DNA from: a virus
Lineage: Duplodnaviria; Caudoviricetes
Virus record (IMG/VR): IMGVR_UViG_3300021387_000796
Span: 64,001 to 128,000 of that record
Strand: one strand, 5' to 3'
Length of the DNA stretch: 64,000 bases
The notes under the pieces were generated by a model that did no database searches, was not told where the DNA came from, and saw only the letters and a program-made list of their open reading frames with translations. How positions within the stretch are numbered: the stretch's first letter is position 1; every line of letters begins with the position of its first letter. A program made the position numbers and the translations under genes. Below, in pieces: positions 17,703 to 28,404 of this stretch.

Positions 17703-19829
17703 ATGATTTCAATTTTGGACCAATTCGACCTTCGTGCTAAAAAACAGAATTTTCAAAGAGATGCTTTTGAAACAATAGCAGACATGAAGGCATATTCTGA
17801 AAATTATCTACCCCCAATGTTCGATGCGTATTGTTATGAAGACGGTAAAAAATATAGATATAACGCTAGTAATGAAATTCTTGAAGATACAGGAAAATGG
17901 CGTGCAATCGGTGAAGGTGAAGGTGGTGGAGACCTTTCTTCATACTATACAAAAACTCAAATCAATAATCTTCTTGATGAAAAAGTTGATAAAGTTAGCG
18001 GAAAGGATTTATCGACTAATGATTTTACTGACGCTTATAAACAACAAATTGATGATAACGAAAGTGCAATAGAAACTCTCAATGGTGATTCCACTGTTGT
18101 AGGTTCAGTTGATTCTAAAGTTGCCACTGCATATTCAAATGCAACGAGTTATACTGACACGGAATGTACAAAGAAAGTGGACAAGGTGAGTGGAAAAGGA
18201 CTTTCAACAAATGACTTTACCGATGAACTCAAAACCAAGTTGGATAATCTTGAAAATTATGACGCCACTGCCTTGAGCAACAGAGTTACCGCAAATGAAA
18301 ACGCAATAACCGTTCTTAATGGCGATAGCACTGTAAATGGAAGTGTTGATAAAAAAGTTGCTAGTTGTTTATCTGACAGTAAAGATTATACAGATGTAAG
18401 TATACAAAATGCAATTAGACAAACAGCAATAGTTTGTGATGCAAAGCCTACGATAAGCGGAACTACAATTACTTATTATCAAGGTGGAGTTGAAAAAACA
18501 ATAACTTCTGATAATAAAACCAAATTTTATTATACAACTAGTAATGTAAATTATTCTACAATTTGGATTGAAGGAACTGAATTTACAGATACTCTTGCAA
18601 GTGTAGATTTTTCTGATTATGTTTCAAAGACAAATGATGTGACTTCCACATATACAGGAAGTGACGCTGATAAAACAAAAATACCAAATATCGGTGCTAT
18701 GGACGCATTGAAAACTTTGGTTGATACAGAATTAGATGAAAAAGTAAATATTTCGGATGTTGAATCTAGTGTATCATCTTCAAGCGATAATCCTGTTAAA
18801 TCATCTGTATTGTATACAGAATTTGCAAAGAAAGTTAATATTGACCAAGGCTCGGCAAACGAGGGAAAGATTCTTCAAGTTAATTCTAGCGGAAACCTCG
18901 GATTGGTAGACCCACAATCTACCGTAGATTTGTCAGATTATGTTTCAAAGACAAATGATGTAGTTTCTACATACAGTGGTCAAGAAGTCGATAAATCAAA
19001 GATAGGTGATTTAAATGCATTAGATGATTTAAAAGATTTGGTTGATACTGATTTGGCAACCAAAGTTGATATTTCTCAAGGAAGCGCAAACGAAGGAAAA
19101 ATATTACAAGTAAATGCTAGTGGTGATTTGGAGTTGGTAGACCCTAGCGCTTCTATGGGAAGTGATGCTAGTGATATAAGTTATACAAATAGTGATTTTT
19201 CTACATTAAATAATGTTAAAAAGGCTTTGGATAATTTGTTTAATAAAGTTTATTATGTTTCTCCATCGATTTCTTCATTTACTATGTCACCGAGTACAAC
19301 GGTTTATGAAACAGGAAGCACAGTTTCGGAACTTGTATTCAATTGGTCTTATAATAAAGATATTTCTGAACAGACTTTAACTGATTGTAGTTTAGCGGAT
19401 GAAACTGTAAGAACGGCGACCTATTCTACTCCATTCAGCACAAACAAAACATTTACACTTAATGCAACAGATGGCGAAAATAGCGTTTCTAAAAGTTTAT
19501 CAATACAATTTCAAAATAAAATTTATTGGGGAAGTGCAGAAACACCACAAGACTATAACAGTGCTTTCATACTTGGACTTTCTAGTTCTAAATTTGCGAC
19601 TTCATATAAAGGAAGTTATACAATTACCGCAGGTTCAGGACAATACGCTTATATTTGTTGTCCTAAATCTTGGAACATTCCTTCTGTATGTAAAATTTCG
19701 GGATTCTCCACAGAATTAGTAAAAGAAAACTCGATTAGTTTTACCAATAGTTCTGGTGGAGTCGTTGTTTACGATATATTAAGAACTACACATACAGGAT
19801 TAGGTTCAATTACGATGGTATTTGAGTAA
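17703..19829 (+). CDS. head/tail fibre protein
   Basis: KVDKVSGKGLSTNDFT repeats, LNGDSTVxGSV and QGSANEGKILQVN repeats. Confidence 0.7.
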   Translation: MISILDQFDLRAKKQNFQRDAFETIADMKAYSENYLPPMFDAYCYEDGKKYRYNASNEILEDTGKWRAIGEGEGGGDLSSYYTKTQINNLLDEKVDKVSGKDLSTNDFTDAYKQQIDDNESAIETLNGDSTVVGSVDSKVATAYSNATSYTDTECTKKVDKVSGKGLSTNDFTDELKTKLDNLENYDATALSNRVTANENAITVLNGDSTVNGSVDKKVASCLSDSKDYTDVSIQNAIRQTAIVCDAKPTISGTTITYYQGGVEKTITSDNKTKFYYTTSNVNYSTIWIEGTEFTDTLASVDFSDYVSKTNDVTSTYTGSDADKTKIPNIGAMDALKTLVDTELDEKVNISDVESSVSSSSDNPVKSSVLYTEFAKKVNIDQGSANEGKILQVNSSGNLGLVDPQSTVDLSDYVSKTNDVVSTYSGQEVDKSKIGDLNALDDLKDLVDTDLATKVDISQGSANEGKILQVNASGDLELVDPSASMGSDASDISYTNSDFSTLNNVKKALDNLFNKVYYVSPSISSFTMSPSTTVYETGSTVSELVFNWSYNKDISEQTLTDCSLADETVRTATYSTPFSTNKTFTLNATDGENSVSKSLSIQFQNKIYWGSAETPQDYNSAFILGLSSSKFATSYKGSYTITAGSGQYAYICCPKSWNIPSVCKISGFSTELVKENSISFTNSSGGVVVYDILRTTHTGLGSITMVFE

Positions 19830-19852
19830 TTTGTTATAATCTGATTTTAATT

Positions 19853-19888
19853 AAAAAAACGACACTTTTTATCGGTGTCGTTTTTTTT
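19853..19888 (+). terminator. intrinsic terminator
   Basis: AAAAAAACGACAC...GTGTCGTTTTTTTT. Confidence 0.85.
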
Positions 19889-20027
19889 GTAACTATCTAT
19901 ATTAGTGTTGCGGTATGCAATGAAAAAAGGTCAGAACTGCGAATTCCAACCTTTTTGAAATACCAAACGATAAAGAGGTTATCGAATGATAAGATAAGTA
20001 TATAGTTATCTTGTCAGAAAAGCAAAC

Positions 20028-21152
20028 ATGGGATTAATTACAAAAGAAGTTGAAATTAAAGTTAGCGGAACATCTTCATATTATGAAAAATTAGGGTATG
20101 ATGTACCAAAGCATAAAGTTAAAATATCAAAAGAACATCCGAATGGATATGCTTTCACTTTAGGAGAAAAATTTACAGTTAAAATTGAAGATTTACCTAA
20201 GTATTCTATTGCAAAAGTTAAAGTTATTTGTGATTGTTGTGGAAAAACAAAAGAAATAGAATATGGTAAATATATGCAAAGTAAATCAGCAAAAGAAAAT
20301 AAATATTATTGTGGAAATTGCGTATCAAAAGTTTATCTGTACGGTAAACATAACAAACGATATTCTTCTTTCAAAGAAGGAAGGTTTAATTTAGAATATA
20401 GAATGATGAAAAGAAATGTATTATCGAGGGATAATTATAAATGTGTTTGTTGTAGAAAAGATTATAAATTAGAAGTTCATCACTTGAACGGATATGATAA
20501 ATTTGAAGATGAAAGATATGATGTTAATAATGCGGTAACTTTATGTAAAAATTGTCATGATAATTTTCATGCTCGTTATGGTAAAGGAAATAATACTAGA
20601 GAACAATTTGAAGAATGGTTTGGTTCTGTCAAAGATATTGTGTCCAAAGAAAGTGTAAATTTAAATCGAGCAAGAGAAATATATTGTTTTGAAACTGATA
20701 AAATTTATGATGGAACATCTGATGTAATATTAAAATTCAGACCTTTAATATCAAAAACTGATAAAAAAGAAATATTAGATATGTGTAATCTCAAGAATAA
20801 TACTTTTTCAGTTAAAGGTTATCATTTTTTATGGAAAGATATTGCAGAAAAATTAACAAAAGATGAAATTGAACAATATATTTTAAATAATTTTAATAAT
20901 CCTAGACGACCTTTCGTTTTAGATTTATCTACATATTTTATTTTTTATAGCGGAATGGATAGAGATAAATATTTCAAAATACCTTTGAAAAGAACAAATT
21001 ATTATACTGCTCGTTACAATACATTTGAAAAAATAATGAATCATGATAAACAATGTGTAATTTATAATACTTTTTTAAATTTTACAAAAGAGCAACAAGA
21101 AACATTATTAAACGGAAACACACCTCGTTTGTATAATAAACTTATATCATAA
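20028..21152 (+). CDS. HNH homing-type endonuclease
   Basis: RDNYKCVCC..LEVHHL..NAVTLCKNCHDNFH; N-terminal CDCCG/YYCGNC zinc motif. Confidence 0.85.
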   Translation: MGLITKEVEIKVSGTSSYYEKLGYDVPKHKVKISKEHPNGYAFTLGEKFTVKIEDLPKYSIAKVKVICDCCGKTKEIEYGKYMQSKSAKENKYYCGNCVSKVYLYGKHNKRYSSFKEGRFNLEYRMMKRNVLSRDNYKCVCCRKDYKLEVHHLNGYDKFEDERYDVNNAVTLCKNCHDNFHARYGKGNNTREQFEEWFGSVKDIVSKESVNLNRAREIYCFETDKIYDGTSDVILKFRPLISKTDKKEILDMCNLKNNTFSVKGYHFLWKDIAEKLTKDEIEQYILNNFNNPRRPFVLDLSTYFIFYSGMDRDKYFKIPLKRTNYYTARYNTFEKIMNHDKQCVIYNTFLNFTKEQQETLLNGNTPRLYNKLIS

Positions 21153-21217
21153 CTATCTACATAAGATATATTTATGATTTGTTTTAATTTTTTGAATATT
21201 GATAGGAGAATATAAAT

Positions 21218-22741
21218 ATGGCAGTAAGAATTGCAGATAGTCTTAAACAACAAAATGACTTAACTTCTTTCCCTGTAGCATATGGTTCAGATATATGGTT
21301 GGATAAAAATAAAGGGAGTGGAACTCCAAATTACGATTCAATTCAAAATATGTTGAATAATGACGAATTAGGCGGAGGAGGTTCTTCCATTCAAGTTGAA
21401 GAATTATCAATCGCATCATCTGAAGAAAGTGGTAAAATTTATCAATACATTGGAGTTAGCGGAACATACACAAAAGGATTTTTCTACGAATGTATGAATT
21501 ATGGTTATTATTGTTGGACTATCGATAATGACCGTTATTATACGAAAAGTACAGAAACTAAGGCGGATAAAAATGTATATGTAAAAAATGGCGACCTTTA
21601 TGAAGAAGTTGGTGTTATAGTTGAGGTATTTAATGACACTTTAACATTCGAAGACGATAATGAAAATGAAATAACTTTAGGTCGTTATTCAGATGGTGAT
21701 ATAACAAATGTTGGTTATGAATGGACAAGTATAAATGTTGAAGATGGTACAAGTGTTGTTGATGAGGTTGCTAGAGAAAGAGCATATGAAGCCATAGAGT
21801 TAGCAGAAACTAAATTAAGCAGAGTTACAACAATGCCTACAGACATTCAATATACGACTACGGTACTTTATGTCGGAGAAACTACGAGTAAATATACAAA
21901 AGGTCATATATATCAATGTACTCCTTATGAAAAGACATATTTAACAAGCAAAACTACATCTTCATCAATGAGTTTTGATTTAGATACTTTAGAAGAAATA
22001 AATTTTGACAAGATATTAATAAGTGAAGAATCTTATGATATAAGTGGTTTTACTTGTGATGGTAATGCAGTAAATTTATCTCGTGTTTATTTTAATGAGG
22101 GTGATGAACTTTCAACTATAGTTGCGTCTTATAGTGGTACAAGTTCATTAAAATACATCACTTCAATAGATTGGGAAAATAAAACTTTAGTTTTAGGTTC
22201 TTCAGTTACTTATACTTCTTTTGGCGGTTTCGGTTCAAACAATTTCATGAGTACCTATACGGTATTTGAATGGGTAGATATTTCACCGACTACTACAGTA
22301 GACCAAAGTTATAGTGCTACAAGTACAAATGCACAAAGTGGTGTAGCAGTAGCATCAGCGATATCAAGTGCAACAGAAGATTGTGTCAAGACTAGTGGTG
22401 AGCAAGAAATTGACGGGGATAAAACGTTTAATGATGGAATTTATACCGAACACATTCGTTCTCAAGGTGAGGGATTTAGTGGTGAAGTTAATCTCAGTAC
22501 AGGTTCGAATATAGGACATGTTGAACTTCTAGCGCCTGGTGCCAATACAGATGCCACAATCAAGGCTCAAGGTGGTAATAATAGTGAATCTTATGTAAAC
22601 ATGACTGCTGATTTAGTCAAAGCCAACAATAAGAATGTAGTTACATCTGTAAATAGCACACAAGCCGATAATAGTGGTAATGTAACGCTTTCAATTCCTA
22701 CAATAACGGTTGATGGTAATACGGCAACAATTATCTACTAA
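21218..22741 (+). CDS. tail fibre-like protein
   Basis: VDQSYSATSTNAQSGVAV, GEQEIDGDKTF and VTSVNSTQADNSGNVTL fibre motifs. Confidence 0.65.
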   Translation: MAVRIADSLKQQNDLTSFPVAYGSDIWLDKNKGSGTPNYDSIQNMLNNDELGGGGSSIQVEELSIASSEESGKIYQYIGVSGTYTKGFFYECMNYGYYCWTIDNDRYYTKSTETKADKNVYVKNGDLYEEVGVIVEVFNDTLTFEDDNENEITLGRYSDGDITNVGYEWTSINVEDGTSVVDEVARERAYEAIELAETKLSRVTTMPTDIQYTTTVLYVGETTSKYTKGHIYQCTPYEKTYLTSKTTSSSMSFDLDTLEEINFDKILISEESYDISGFTCDGNAVNLSRVYFNEGDELSTIVASYSGTSSLKYITSIDWENKTLVLGSSVTYTSFGGFGSNNFMSTYTVFEWVDISPTTTVDQSYSATSTNAQSGVAVASAISSATEDCVKTSGEQEIDGDKTFNDGIYTEHIRSQGEGFSGEVNLSTGSNIGHVELLAPGANTDATIKAQGGNNSESYVNMTADLVKANNKNVVTSVNSTQADNSGNVTLSIPTITVDGNTATIIY

Positions 22742-22791
22742 AAGTATTGATTTTATAAATAAATTGATGTATTTTTTTATAAGAGGATTAT

Positions 22792-23427
22792 ATGGGAACT
22801 TTAAATTTGACAACTGCGGATAATTATCTTACTGTTATCGTTAATGGTACTACAATCAAACAATTGTGGGCAAAACAAGGTAATGATGGAACACCTGTAA
22901 AAGTGTATCAAAAATGGAAAACAACTCATGTTACACAATACACAAATACTTTAGGAAACACTTATCGAGGTGGTGGTTGGGGAGTTAATTACAAATATGA
23001 AAGTGGAAGAAGCAGTTATTGTATTTATCGTTTGAAAACAACATTGAGTGTATCAACTTCTCGTTCAATAAGAGGTCGTGCATATATCGCAGGATACTTT
23101 AATGGAAGTCTGAAACGCACTAGTCCTTATTGGTATGGTGGGGGGAATCAATTGGAATACCTCGATGATTGTGAAACGGCATATGCATCGTACGATAGCA
23201 GTTATGATGAAAGAGCCTATGCTTGTTATTGGAGATTATACACATCAAGTGGTAGTAGCACTAGCGCAAGTTATGGTCCTGATATGTATACTACAACCAA
23301 TACTGTGCTTACACCTTATCACTCAGAATCTAGTACAGGTGCTATAGCAGGGTCTAGTACCTATGTTAATAGGGATTCATATGAAGGTTTAGATACATCT
23401 TATGATGTTAGAGAAGAAGATAATTAG
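22792..23427 (+). CDS. Ser/Thr/Tyr/Gly-rich protein, probable fibre tip or virion protein
   Basis: Composition and position after the fibre genes. Confidence 0.5.
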   Translation: MGTLNLTTADNYLTVIVNGTTIKQLWAKQGNDGTPVKVYQKWKTTHVTQYTNTLGNTYRGGGWGVNYKYESGRSSYCIYRLKTTLSVSTSRSIRGRAYIAGYFNGSLKRTSPYWYGGGNQLEYLDDCETAYASYDSSYDERAYACYWRLYTSSGSSTSASYGPDMYTTTNTVLTPYHSESSTGAIAGSSTYVNRDSYEGLDTSYDVREEDN

Positions 23428-23436
23428 GAGAAAATT

Positions 23437-24909
23437 ATGGCAAAATGTGATTGGTTTTATTATATTCATCCTTCAATTTGGAATGAAATGAAATTTCATT
23501 TATATCGTGGAATGAATTTGGTTTATAATGGTGAATTACCACAGTATGTGATTGATTTTTGTAATAAAACCGATGTTAATTTGATTCCTTTTTCAGAAAA
23601 GGATATTTATAATTATGAAGAAAGATTTTATAAATTAAAAAAAGAATGGTTACATGACGATGTTGAAAACAACAATTATTCTTTTGAAGTAAATCTCGAT
23701 GATTTATGGAATGAAAGTTGGGATGATATTATAGATGAAAAAACATTATATATCGAATGTAATGTCGATAATATTTGTACAACTTTGTATAACATGAGAG
23801 AATACAAATTTCGTTCTATTCAAAGAGGATGGCTTGAATTAGGTTATAAAATTATCCCTTTGTTTTGGAAAGAATTCATCCCATCACTCAATGAAAGTCA
23901 AATACATTTGGTTGAAAAATTTGATAATATTGCGTTGGCATCAGCATTTGATGTAGATAAATTCGTATGTAGAATTTCTTTATTTCCGAATTCTGTAGAT
24001 GAAATTACGGAAAGAAAATATATACACATTACATCTTCAGATGGTGGAAGACCATTACCATATTATCGTAGGTATTTTTTAAACGACAAACTTAATAAAA
24101 AATGGGGTGATGATTTAGCAACAAACGCTTTCTTGGGGGTAAATACTTCAAAATTGTGTGTAGTTTCACATCCTTCTAATTATATTCCACAATCAGAAAA
24201 AATTTTTTATGATAGAAGTGATAATTGGAAAGGTAGTGGTATGGATAAAGATAGTGAGGATTATATTTTAGAAAAGGCTGATTATATCACATGTTCTTCT
24301 AAGTGGTTGTATAACGATACCTTGAAATATCTTAAAGAAAATAGACCGAACGATGATGTAAAAGTTAAATATATTCCTAATGGTAATGTCATGTTTGATT
24401 ACCCTACTAATGTAGAAAAATTTGAAAAGCCTACGGCTATTTATGTTGGTGCTAGAATAAAGAAAACGGATTTACAATTAATTTATTTGCTTTGTGAAAT
24501 GAATCCTAATTGGAATTTTATGCTTTATGGTGAAGGTGCTAGTGATTTACTTTCAATACCGAGCAATTTATTTGTTCATGAAACTGTTCCAATTGAAGAA
24601 TTGTTTCCGATTATCTGCAAATGTCATGTTGGTCTTATAACATTAAAAGAAAATGAATGGACTGTTGGAATGTTACCTAACAAAGTATTCAATTACATTA
24701 ATGCAAGAATTCCTATTATTTATAGTGGTATCCCTGATATTAACATGGAAGATTATAAAGAATTTTCATATAACATTTCGGACATTTCATCTCTTGATGA
24801 AGTTCTCGAAAATAAGACTACTGCTGAAACATTTGATTCTTATAAAAGAGATTGGTCTACAGTTTGTGATGAAATCATTTCTTGTATAGATGAATTGGAG
24901 AATAATTAA
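23437..24909 (+). CDS. glycosyltransferase (GT-B/GT4-like C-terminal half)
   Basis: ADYITCSS, YIPNG, AIYVG, PNKVFNYINARIPII. Confidence 0.7.
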   Translation: MAKCDWFYYIHPSIWNEMKFHLYRGMNLVYNGELPQYVIDFCNKTDVNLIPFSEKDIYNYEERFYKLKKEWLHDDVENNNYSFEVNLDDLWNESWDDIIDEKTLYIECNVDNICTTLYNMREYKFRSIQRGWLELGYKIIPLFWKEFIPSLNESQIHLVEKFDNIALASAFDVDKFVCRISLFPNSVDEITERKYIHITSSDGGRPLPYYRRYFLNDKLNKKWGDDLATNAFLGVNTSKLCVVSHPSNYIPQSEKIFYDRSDNWKGSGMDKDSEDYILEKADYITCSSKWLYNDTLKYLKENRPNDDVKVKYIPNGNVMFDYPTNVEKFEKPTAIYVGARIKKTDLQLIYLLCEMNPNWNFMLYGEGASDLLSIPSNLFVHETVPIEELFPIICKCHVGLITLKENEWTVGMLPNKVFNYINARIPIIYSGIPDINMEDYKEFSYNISDISSLDEVLENKTTAETFDSYKRDWSTVCDEIISCIDELENN

Positions 24910-25928
24910 TGGGTTTTGTGGATAATATGAATGAACAAAAAATCCCATTCATTGGAGATAAATACAAATATGTTTATACTGGAACAGAATTGAATATCAA
25001 TCGCATTCGTCTCGCTTGGCACATAACAGATTGGTGTAACTATTCTTGTCCGTATTGTATTCAAAGTGTGAATCATCATTATGCTAAAGAACCTAAAGAA
25101 ACTCAAGAATATGTCGAATCTATGGCAAAATTATTAAGACCTAAGTTACACAAACAGAAAGTAACATTGACGCTTTACGGGGGAGAAATATCCACATATT
25201 ATAATCTGAGAAGAATTGTTGAAATTTTATTCAAAGATAATGAATCGGATGCCACAGTAACGTTACTTACTAATTTGTCCGCACCTCTTGAAAAATATAA
25301 AGATTTTATGAATTGTTCTGATAAAAACTTACACATTCGTATTATACCATCTTATCAATGGTCAAATGTTGATGAATTTATAAATAAATGCGTTTTTATA
25401 CGAAAATTTTTAGGAAATGCATTTCAATGTTCATGTGTTGTATTTGATAAGACGACTCTTGAACATCTCAAAGAGGTTGCTGAAAAATTTAGAAAAGCAA
25501 ATATCCCAATTCGTTTTACTCATGGAAGAATGCCAAAAAGTAATAACACATTTTATACTTTACAAGAAGGGGTATCTGATTTTATAATTAATTGGAATAA
25601 AAATGTATTTGAAAAAATAACATGTCATATTACTTATGCTGATGGTACAGAAAAGCCGTGTTTTGCTCGCTCTGATATACTTAAAGAAGTTGCTGATTAC
25701 CAAGGATTTAATGGTGCTTATTTTAAGGATATGATGTGTTTTACAGGACTTAATTTGACACCAAACGGTAATCTCCGTGCAGGAAGTTGTCCTGATAGAA
25801 GTAAATTATATATTGCTAACATTTTTGAAGATAAAGATTTTACATTGAAACCTTATAAGTCGAAATGTGAAGGAAAGGGTTTTTGTAACCTTTGTAATTC
25901 AATTTTAATTTGGAATGGGAAATATTAA
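24909..25928 (+). CDS. radical SAM protein with C-terminal Twitch/SPASM-like cysteines
   Basis: CNYSCPYC, YGGE, TNLS, C-terminal C..GSC..C..CNLC. Confidence 0.88.
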   Translation: MGFVDNMNEQKIPFIGDKYKYVYTGTELNINRIRLAWHITDWCNYSCPYCIQSVNHHYAKEPKETQEYVESMAKLLRPKLHKQKVTLTLYGGEISTYYNLRRIVEILFKDNESDATVTLLTNLSAPLEKYKDFMNCSDKNLHIRIIPSYQWSNVDEFINKCVFIRKFLGNAFQCSCVVFDKTTLEHLKEVAEKFRKANIPIRFTHGRMPKSNNTFYTLQEGVSDFIINWNKNVFEKITCHITYADGTEKPCFARSDILKEVADYQGFNGAYFKDMMCFTGLNLTPNGNLRAGSCPDRSKLYIANIFEDKDFTLKPYKSKCEGKGFCNLCNSILIWNGKY

Positions 25929-26817
25929 TATGCAAATCAAATGGAGATTGTTCAATAATTGTAATTTTCACTGTTCGTATTGTTGTAATAGTGTAATGAA
26001 TAAAGTTCAAAATCCTATTAATTTCGATAGACTTTTACGCATCGCTAAATCTATTCACAATTTGATTGAAAAAGATGAAGATGATGTTTTTGAAGTGAAT
26101 TTGATTGGTGGTGAAATAACTATGTTGCCACTTGAACAAATGAAAGAAATCATTAATACTATTTATTCAAAGAAAATTACTAAATTCCATATTACAAGTA
26201 ATATGTCTGCCAAAGTTGATTATTACATAGCAATAAATGAATTGTGTAATAAATTGAATGTTACATTAAAAATCGTAGGCTCGTTTCATGAAGAGATGAT
26301 GAATTATGATGTTTTTATAAAAAAGGCTAGGATGTTATCTGATAATTTGAAATTATTTATTGCCGAATTTGTGGTTACATCTGAAAATAAAGAAATTTAT
26401 GAAAAAATACAAGAGGATTGTAAAAAATATAATATTGCTTTGATGGTGGATTATAATAGAAAAGAAAAATGGGAAACGAATGATATTGATTATGATAATC
26501 GTAGTATTAAAAATTATCTTCGTATAATATTGAATCCTCAAGGATGCATTTGTAGTAATTCAAAATATATGATAAATGTTTTACCGCATGGCGAAGTTTA
26601 TGGTACAGTTTGTCATAACAGAAAACTTTTAGGTATGATTAACATGATAAAATCATTTCCACATGAAGAATTTATTTGTAAACAAAAAATATGTTCTTTT
26701 TGTGGTAAAATTGAAATAAAAACCCCTCAACAAGAAATTCTTTACTCTAATATAAATAATATCATTGTAAATGAAGATTTGATTAAAAAGCATAATGAGG
26801 AAATAAATGTTATATAA
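25915..26817 (+). CDS. radical SAM protein
   Basis: CNFHCSYC, IGGE, TSN, SFH, C-terminal Cys cluster. Confidence 0.88.
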   Translation: MGNINMQIKWRLFNNCNFHCSYCCNSVMNKVQNPINFDRLLRIAKSIHNLIEKDEDDVFEVNLIGGEITMLPLEQMKEIINTIYSKKITKFHITSNMSAKVDYYIAINELCNKLNVTLKIVGSFHEEMMNYDVFIKKARMLSDNLKLFIAEFVVTSENKEIYEKIQEDCKKYNIALMVDYNRKEKWETNDIDYDNRSIKNYLRIILNPQGCICSNSKYMINVLPHGEVYGTVCHNRKLLGMINMIKSFPHEEFICKQKICSFCGKIEIKTPQQEILYSNINNIIVNEDLIKKHNEEINVI

Positions 26818-27769
26818 ATATGTTCATCCTAGTAGTAACCCACAAATTAATTGTTGGTATATTGATTGGCACATAACAGATTGGTGTAACTATTCTTGTC
26901 CGTATTGTATTCAGACGATAGACCATCATTATGCGAGTCAACCATATGAATCACAAGAATTGGTTGAAAAATATGCAAAATGTATTCGAGAAAAAATTAA
27001 AGGTAGATATATTCATTTGTCATTACATGGTGGAGAAATATCGCAATATGATTTGTTATCCGTTTGTGAAATACTTTTTAAAAATAATAATGTTGTTGGA
27101 ACAGTAAATCTTACAACTAATTTATCAGCACCAATCGAAAAATATATTTCTTTTTGTGAACAAAATTATGGTGATAAAATTAAATTCAAAATAGTGTCAA
27201 GTTATCATTGGACAGATTTGCAAAAATATATTGATAAAGCAAAAATTCTCGCTAAAAATTATAAATCGTTTATGGTTGTTTCAGTAGTTCATGATAAAAT
27301 AACATTAGAACAGATGAAAGTCGTGGCTGAAACTTTTAAGGAAAATAAAATTCCATTTAAATTTACACACGGAAGAATACCAAACGCAAACGGAAAACTT
27401 TATAAAATATCGGACGAATGTTTGGAATATCTTGAAAAAATTAATTCCGAATTTAAAATCGATAATGCTAAATTGATTTATAGCGATGGTACAACGAAAG
27501 TATTTAAAAGTAGGAGTAATTTGTTAAATCAAGTAGCAACTGATTTGAATTTAGATGGTGCTAATTTCAAAGGAATGTATTGTTTTAGCGGTACAATAAT
27601 ATATCCTAGCGGAAAAGTATATTGTGGTAGTTGCCCTGATAGAAAGAAGATGTATAAAGGTTTGATTACTGACGAAAATGTATCTTTATCTCCTACCAAA
27701 GAAATTTGTGGTGGTAAAGGTTTTTGTAATCTTTGCGATTGTATGTTAATTTGGAGTGGCAAATATTGA
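26807..27769 (+). CDS. radical SAM protein (paralog of 24909..25928)
   Basis: CNYSCPYC, HGGE, TTNLS, GSCPDR..KGFCNLC. Confidence 0.88.
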   Translation: MLYKYVHPSSNPQINCWYIDWHITDWCNYSCPYCIQTIDHHYASQPYESQELVEKYAKCIREKIKGRYIHLSLHGGEISQYDLLSVCEILFKNNNVVGTVNLTTNLSAPIEKYISFCEQNYGDKIKFKIVSSYHWTDLQKYIDKAKILAKNYKSFMVVSVVHDKITLEQMKVVAETFKENKIPFKFTHGRIPNANGKLYKISDECLEYLEKINSEFKIDNAKLIYSDGTTKVFKSRSNLLNQVATDLNLDGANFKGMYCFSGTIIYPSGKVYCGSCPDRKKMYKGLITDENVSLSPTKEICGGKGFCNLCDCMLIWSGKY

Positions 27770-28404
27770 TTGTCTTTACAGTAAACCCCTATAACGATGA
27801 TGTTATAAACAGTCCTATACCACAATTCTGTATGAACAGTTGGAAAAAATTAGGATATGAAATTAAAGTATTTGATTATAACAGTGAAGAAGTAAAATAC
27901 GTCAAAGCGGACTGTCATGAACATTTTCAAGGTAAATCAATTTCAATTAAAACAGACGCTATAAGAATGTATATTCTTTCACAATACTCTAATCATTTGT
28001 ATCTTGATTGGGATGTTTATGTTCATAAACCTTTTGAATTAAAAGAAAAATTGATACGACCGTATTTTTGGTCTATTTATAATGCTGACGAATTAAATTA
28101 TTTTAAGGTATTGTATGAACGGTATAAATTAGGATTATTAAAAGATATGTATGACGCAGAAGTGTCTAAAATATTGAATATAAAGGATAATGGTGCTATT
28201 AATGAATTGAATCATCTTTATTCTGCTGATAGACCTTATTATTTGTTTTCGAACAATCAAGACACCGCTACAAAATATGCTCATTCTAAAGTATGTGTAA
28301 TTAATAATGGCGAAAATATTTTACGCAATGCTATAAATATTAAAGGTGATAAAGAATTGTTTGATTTTCTATCATCGTTAAAAAGGATACATGTATATGA
28401 ATAA
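27766..28404 (+). CDS. DXD glycosyltransferase (GT32/Och1-like); TTG start overlapping the upstream stop
   Basis: CMNSWKKL..YEIKVFD, TDAIRMYIL, YLDWDV. Confidence 0.7.
   Translation: MIVFTVNPYNDDVINSPIPQFCMNSWKKLGYEIKVFDYNSEEVKYVKADCHEHFQGKSISIKTDAIRMYILSQYSNHLYLDWDVYVHKPFELKEKLIRPYFWSIYNADELNYFKVLYERYKLGLLKDMYDAEVSKILNIKDNGAINELNHLYSADRPYYLFSNNQDTATKYAHSKVCVINNGENILRNAINIKGDKELFDFLSSLKRIHVYE

Noticed and set aside
15210-18240. GKGLSxNDFT-coding segments in opposite orientation as invertase crossover sites
   Set aside because: Similar only at protein level; the DNA is too diverged and has no hix/gix-like symmetry
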